NCBI GenBank assembly: GCA_018303575.1
Contig: JAGVXW010000026.1
Coordinates: 1 to 32,542 of the forward strand
Reading direction: 5' to 3'
Source of the DNA: Candidatus Woesearchaeota archaeon
Lineage (GTDB): Archaea > Nanobdellota > Nanobdellia > Woesearchaeales > WJIZ01
Length of the DNA: 32,542 nt
A program made the translations under genes and the position numbers. This document shows positions 31,123 to 32,542 of the stretch, in pieces (the first letter of the stretch is position 1; each line of letters begins with the position of its first letter). Under the pieces are notes generated by a model. That model made no database searches. It was not told the DNA's origin and saw nothing but the letters and a program-made list of their open reading frames with translations.

Positions 31123-31943
31123 GTCCTCTCGGAAAAACACAGGGCGACATTTTTCTCGCCGGAGTTTTCCAGCGTGCAACCCATCCTTGTTTTGGCGAAC
31201 TGAAGCGTCGAATAAAGCTGGCGGGAAATCTCTCCTTGCTCATATCTCGTCTCAAAAATAGCGATTGCGTCTCCTGCGGAGCGCAAGGTGCGCCAATCTT
31301 CCTGGCGAATGGGAGTATAGAGGAAAAACTGGAGCGGCCGGCCGGTGCCGCGATGCAGCTCAAGCCCGCTGCCGAAATGGGGTGTGAAACCGTCATCAGT
31401 TCCCACCTGGACACCATAGAGCGCAAAAACATCATGAGCCACTTTGACGAGGTCTCCTGGCGCAAGGATAACTGCAAATGGATTTTCAGGAGAAGTGTAG
31501 GTATTGAAGGGCAGATAGCGCGCTGTCCAAGCGGCAAGCTTACTCGGTGTCAGCGCTAACTGCTCCCCGTGTTTAGGCTGGAGGCCCTTGAATGAGATAG
31601 AGCAACTTACAAGTAAGGCGGGGTCATGGATACTCCACGATCTTCCCAGCACATAGCGCTCGATGTGGGTTGCATTGGAAACAGTGAGGAGCCGATGTTC
31701 AACTCTCACGCTTCCGCCCGGGTCAGAAAGCTCGCCATTAGCATATCTGATTCCTTCCCTCAAGGAGCCGATATCAAAGGATTCGGGGGACTCAAACAGC
31801 CGGTTCACCAGAGCCACCAAATCCTCGGAAGGCCTTGAGCGGGCGAGTGTTGGTCGGTCTACCGGAGCCGCAAGCCACATCTGGTTCCCCACATGGAGGT
31901 TCCCTTCCGTATCCCGCCAAGCCGACGGTGTATCGTCATGCAT
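31119..31943 (-). CDS. Hypothetical protein
   Basis: 274-aa ORF convergent with panE (4-nt overlap of the stops). No motif recognised. Confidence 0.45.
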   Translation of the reverse strand: MHDDTPSAWRDTEGNLHVGNQMWLAAPVDRPTLARSRPSEDLVALVNRLFESPESFDIGSLREGIRYANGELSDPGGSVRVEHRLLTVSNATHIERYVLGRSWSIHDPALLVSCSISFKGLQPKHGEQLALTPSKLAAWTARYLPFNTYTSPENPFAVILAPGDLVKVAHDVFALYGVQVGTDDGFTPHFGSGLELHRGTGRPLQFFLYTPIRQEDWRTLRSAGDAIAIFETRYEQGEISRQLYSTLQFAKTRMGCTLENSGEKNVALCFSERT

Positions 31944-32033
31944 ACTTGTCGAGAAGCTTCTAGAGAATATATAGCTTTGGATACGCTTTCCTAGAGCGTC
32001 AGCCTTAAAAGTTGAACTGCATTTCTCTCGTGG

Positions 32034-32501
32034 ATGCCCTTAGTGCAACTTGCCAAGCGTCTGGTGCCGAAGCCTATCAAACGTGCGCTGAAACGGGCGC
32101 CCGCACTCGCTAACACTTTTGACCTCCTGCTTGCCGGACGAAGGCGCGACATTCCAGTTTATACTGCCGTGGACACGCTGCTCTCCGCCGCTGAACGGGA
32201 GGAACTCTATCGGCTGGCGCAGCATGTCCGCAATGGAGATGATATCGTTGAAATTGGCGTTTACGCCGGCGGCTCCGCCTATTTCCTCGCAAAAGGCCTC
32301 GAAGCCACCGAATCACGGGCAAGCTGCGTCCATGGCGTCGATCCCTTTCTCTCTGCACCTGATAGGCAACGACAAGAGAGCGACGGCTCCCCTGATTCCT
32401 ATAGAAAAAAGCCTGGCCTCAGTGAAGTGCGGAGCAATCTCACTAAGGGACTGTCAATTATTAAAATAGGCATATTTATTAAGGAGTGCCATTATTATTG
32501 A
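32034..32501 (+). CDS. Class I SAM-methyltransferase-like protein (Methyltransf_24-like), probably truncated
   Basis: DDIVEIGVYAGGSAYFLAKGL is a motif-I-like segment. The ORF ends after about 155 aa inside an AT-rich, promoter-like stretch (ATTATTAAAATAGGCATATTTATTAAGGAG). A new ATG at 32505 then opens an ORF that runs off the window. Confidence 0.4.
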   Translation: MPLVQLAKRLVPKPIKRALKRAPALANTFDLLLAGRRRDIPVYTAVDTLLSAAEREELYRLAQHVRNGDDIVEIGVYAGGSAYFLAKGLEATESRASCVHGVDPFLSAPDRQRQESDGSPDSYRKKPGLSEVRSNLTKGLSIIKIGIFIKECHYY

Positions 32502-32542
32502 GGCATGGTCGACGAGCGGTCAATAAAACAAAAGTTCTTGCA

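Noticed and set aside
1-32542. CRISPR arrays, rRNA genes, transposases or integrases
   Set aside because: I found no regularly spaced direct repeats of CRISPR type, no rRNA-like conserved stretches, and no ORF with DDE, tyrosine- or serine-recombinase motifs. The only mobile-type element supported is the GyrA intein.

Overview
The window is an archaeal chromosomal segment. The evidence is an archaeal-type ribosomal/RNAP cluster (rps13-rps4-rps11-rpoD-tRNA-rpl18e-rpl13-rps9-rpoN), Sec61beta, NAC, an archaeal RNase P RNA and intron-containing tRNAs. TATA-like boxes sit about 25-30 nt upstream of many ATGs, which suggests leaderless mRNAs. The gene content (gyrase, bacterial-type LeuRS, ScpB, lamin-tail surface protein, many small orphans) is reminiscent of an uncultivated DPANN-like lineage, but that is inference only. 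Housekeeping genes: gyrA (interrupted by a 164-aa mini-intein), leuS, deoxyhypusine synthase, panE, scpB and a THUMP methyltransferase-like gene. RNA genes: tRNA-Leu(CAG), tRNA-Leu(CAA) with two predicted introns, tRNA-His(GUG) with one intron, tRNA-Leu(GAG) and rnpB. Accessory content: a TrmB-family regulator, a Fic plus SAM-methyltransferase pair sharing a palindromic operator, mazEF-like and vapBC toxin-antitoxin modules, and several orphan proteins. The candidates for something new are listed here. (1) A five-gene overlapping cassette at 19.9-22.0 kb: an unlisted 45-aa DNA-binding-like ORF, two helical unknowns, a MinD/ParA ATPase with a non-canonical Walker A, and a 4-TM protein, fronted by helically phased ATACC iterons. 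(2) Three tandem paralogous coiled-coil genes at 6.8-8.0 kb, the first with an N-terminal amphipathic tag and a proline/tryptophan-rich linker. (3) A repeat family in the 3' flanks of the tRNA-Leu genes, with a covarying hairpin. (4) Truncated tRNA 3'-end copies for Leu and His that break at the same T-loop position. (5) Two duplicated promoter/operator modules. (6) A conserved 30-nt intergenic motif followed by GTGGG...CCCAC-closed structures, one of them a 76-nt cloverleaf-like fold between rpl18e and rpl13. (7) A +1 frame break in the NAC gene. All calls come from reading the sequence and from remembered family motifs; no database search was run.
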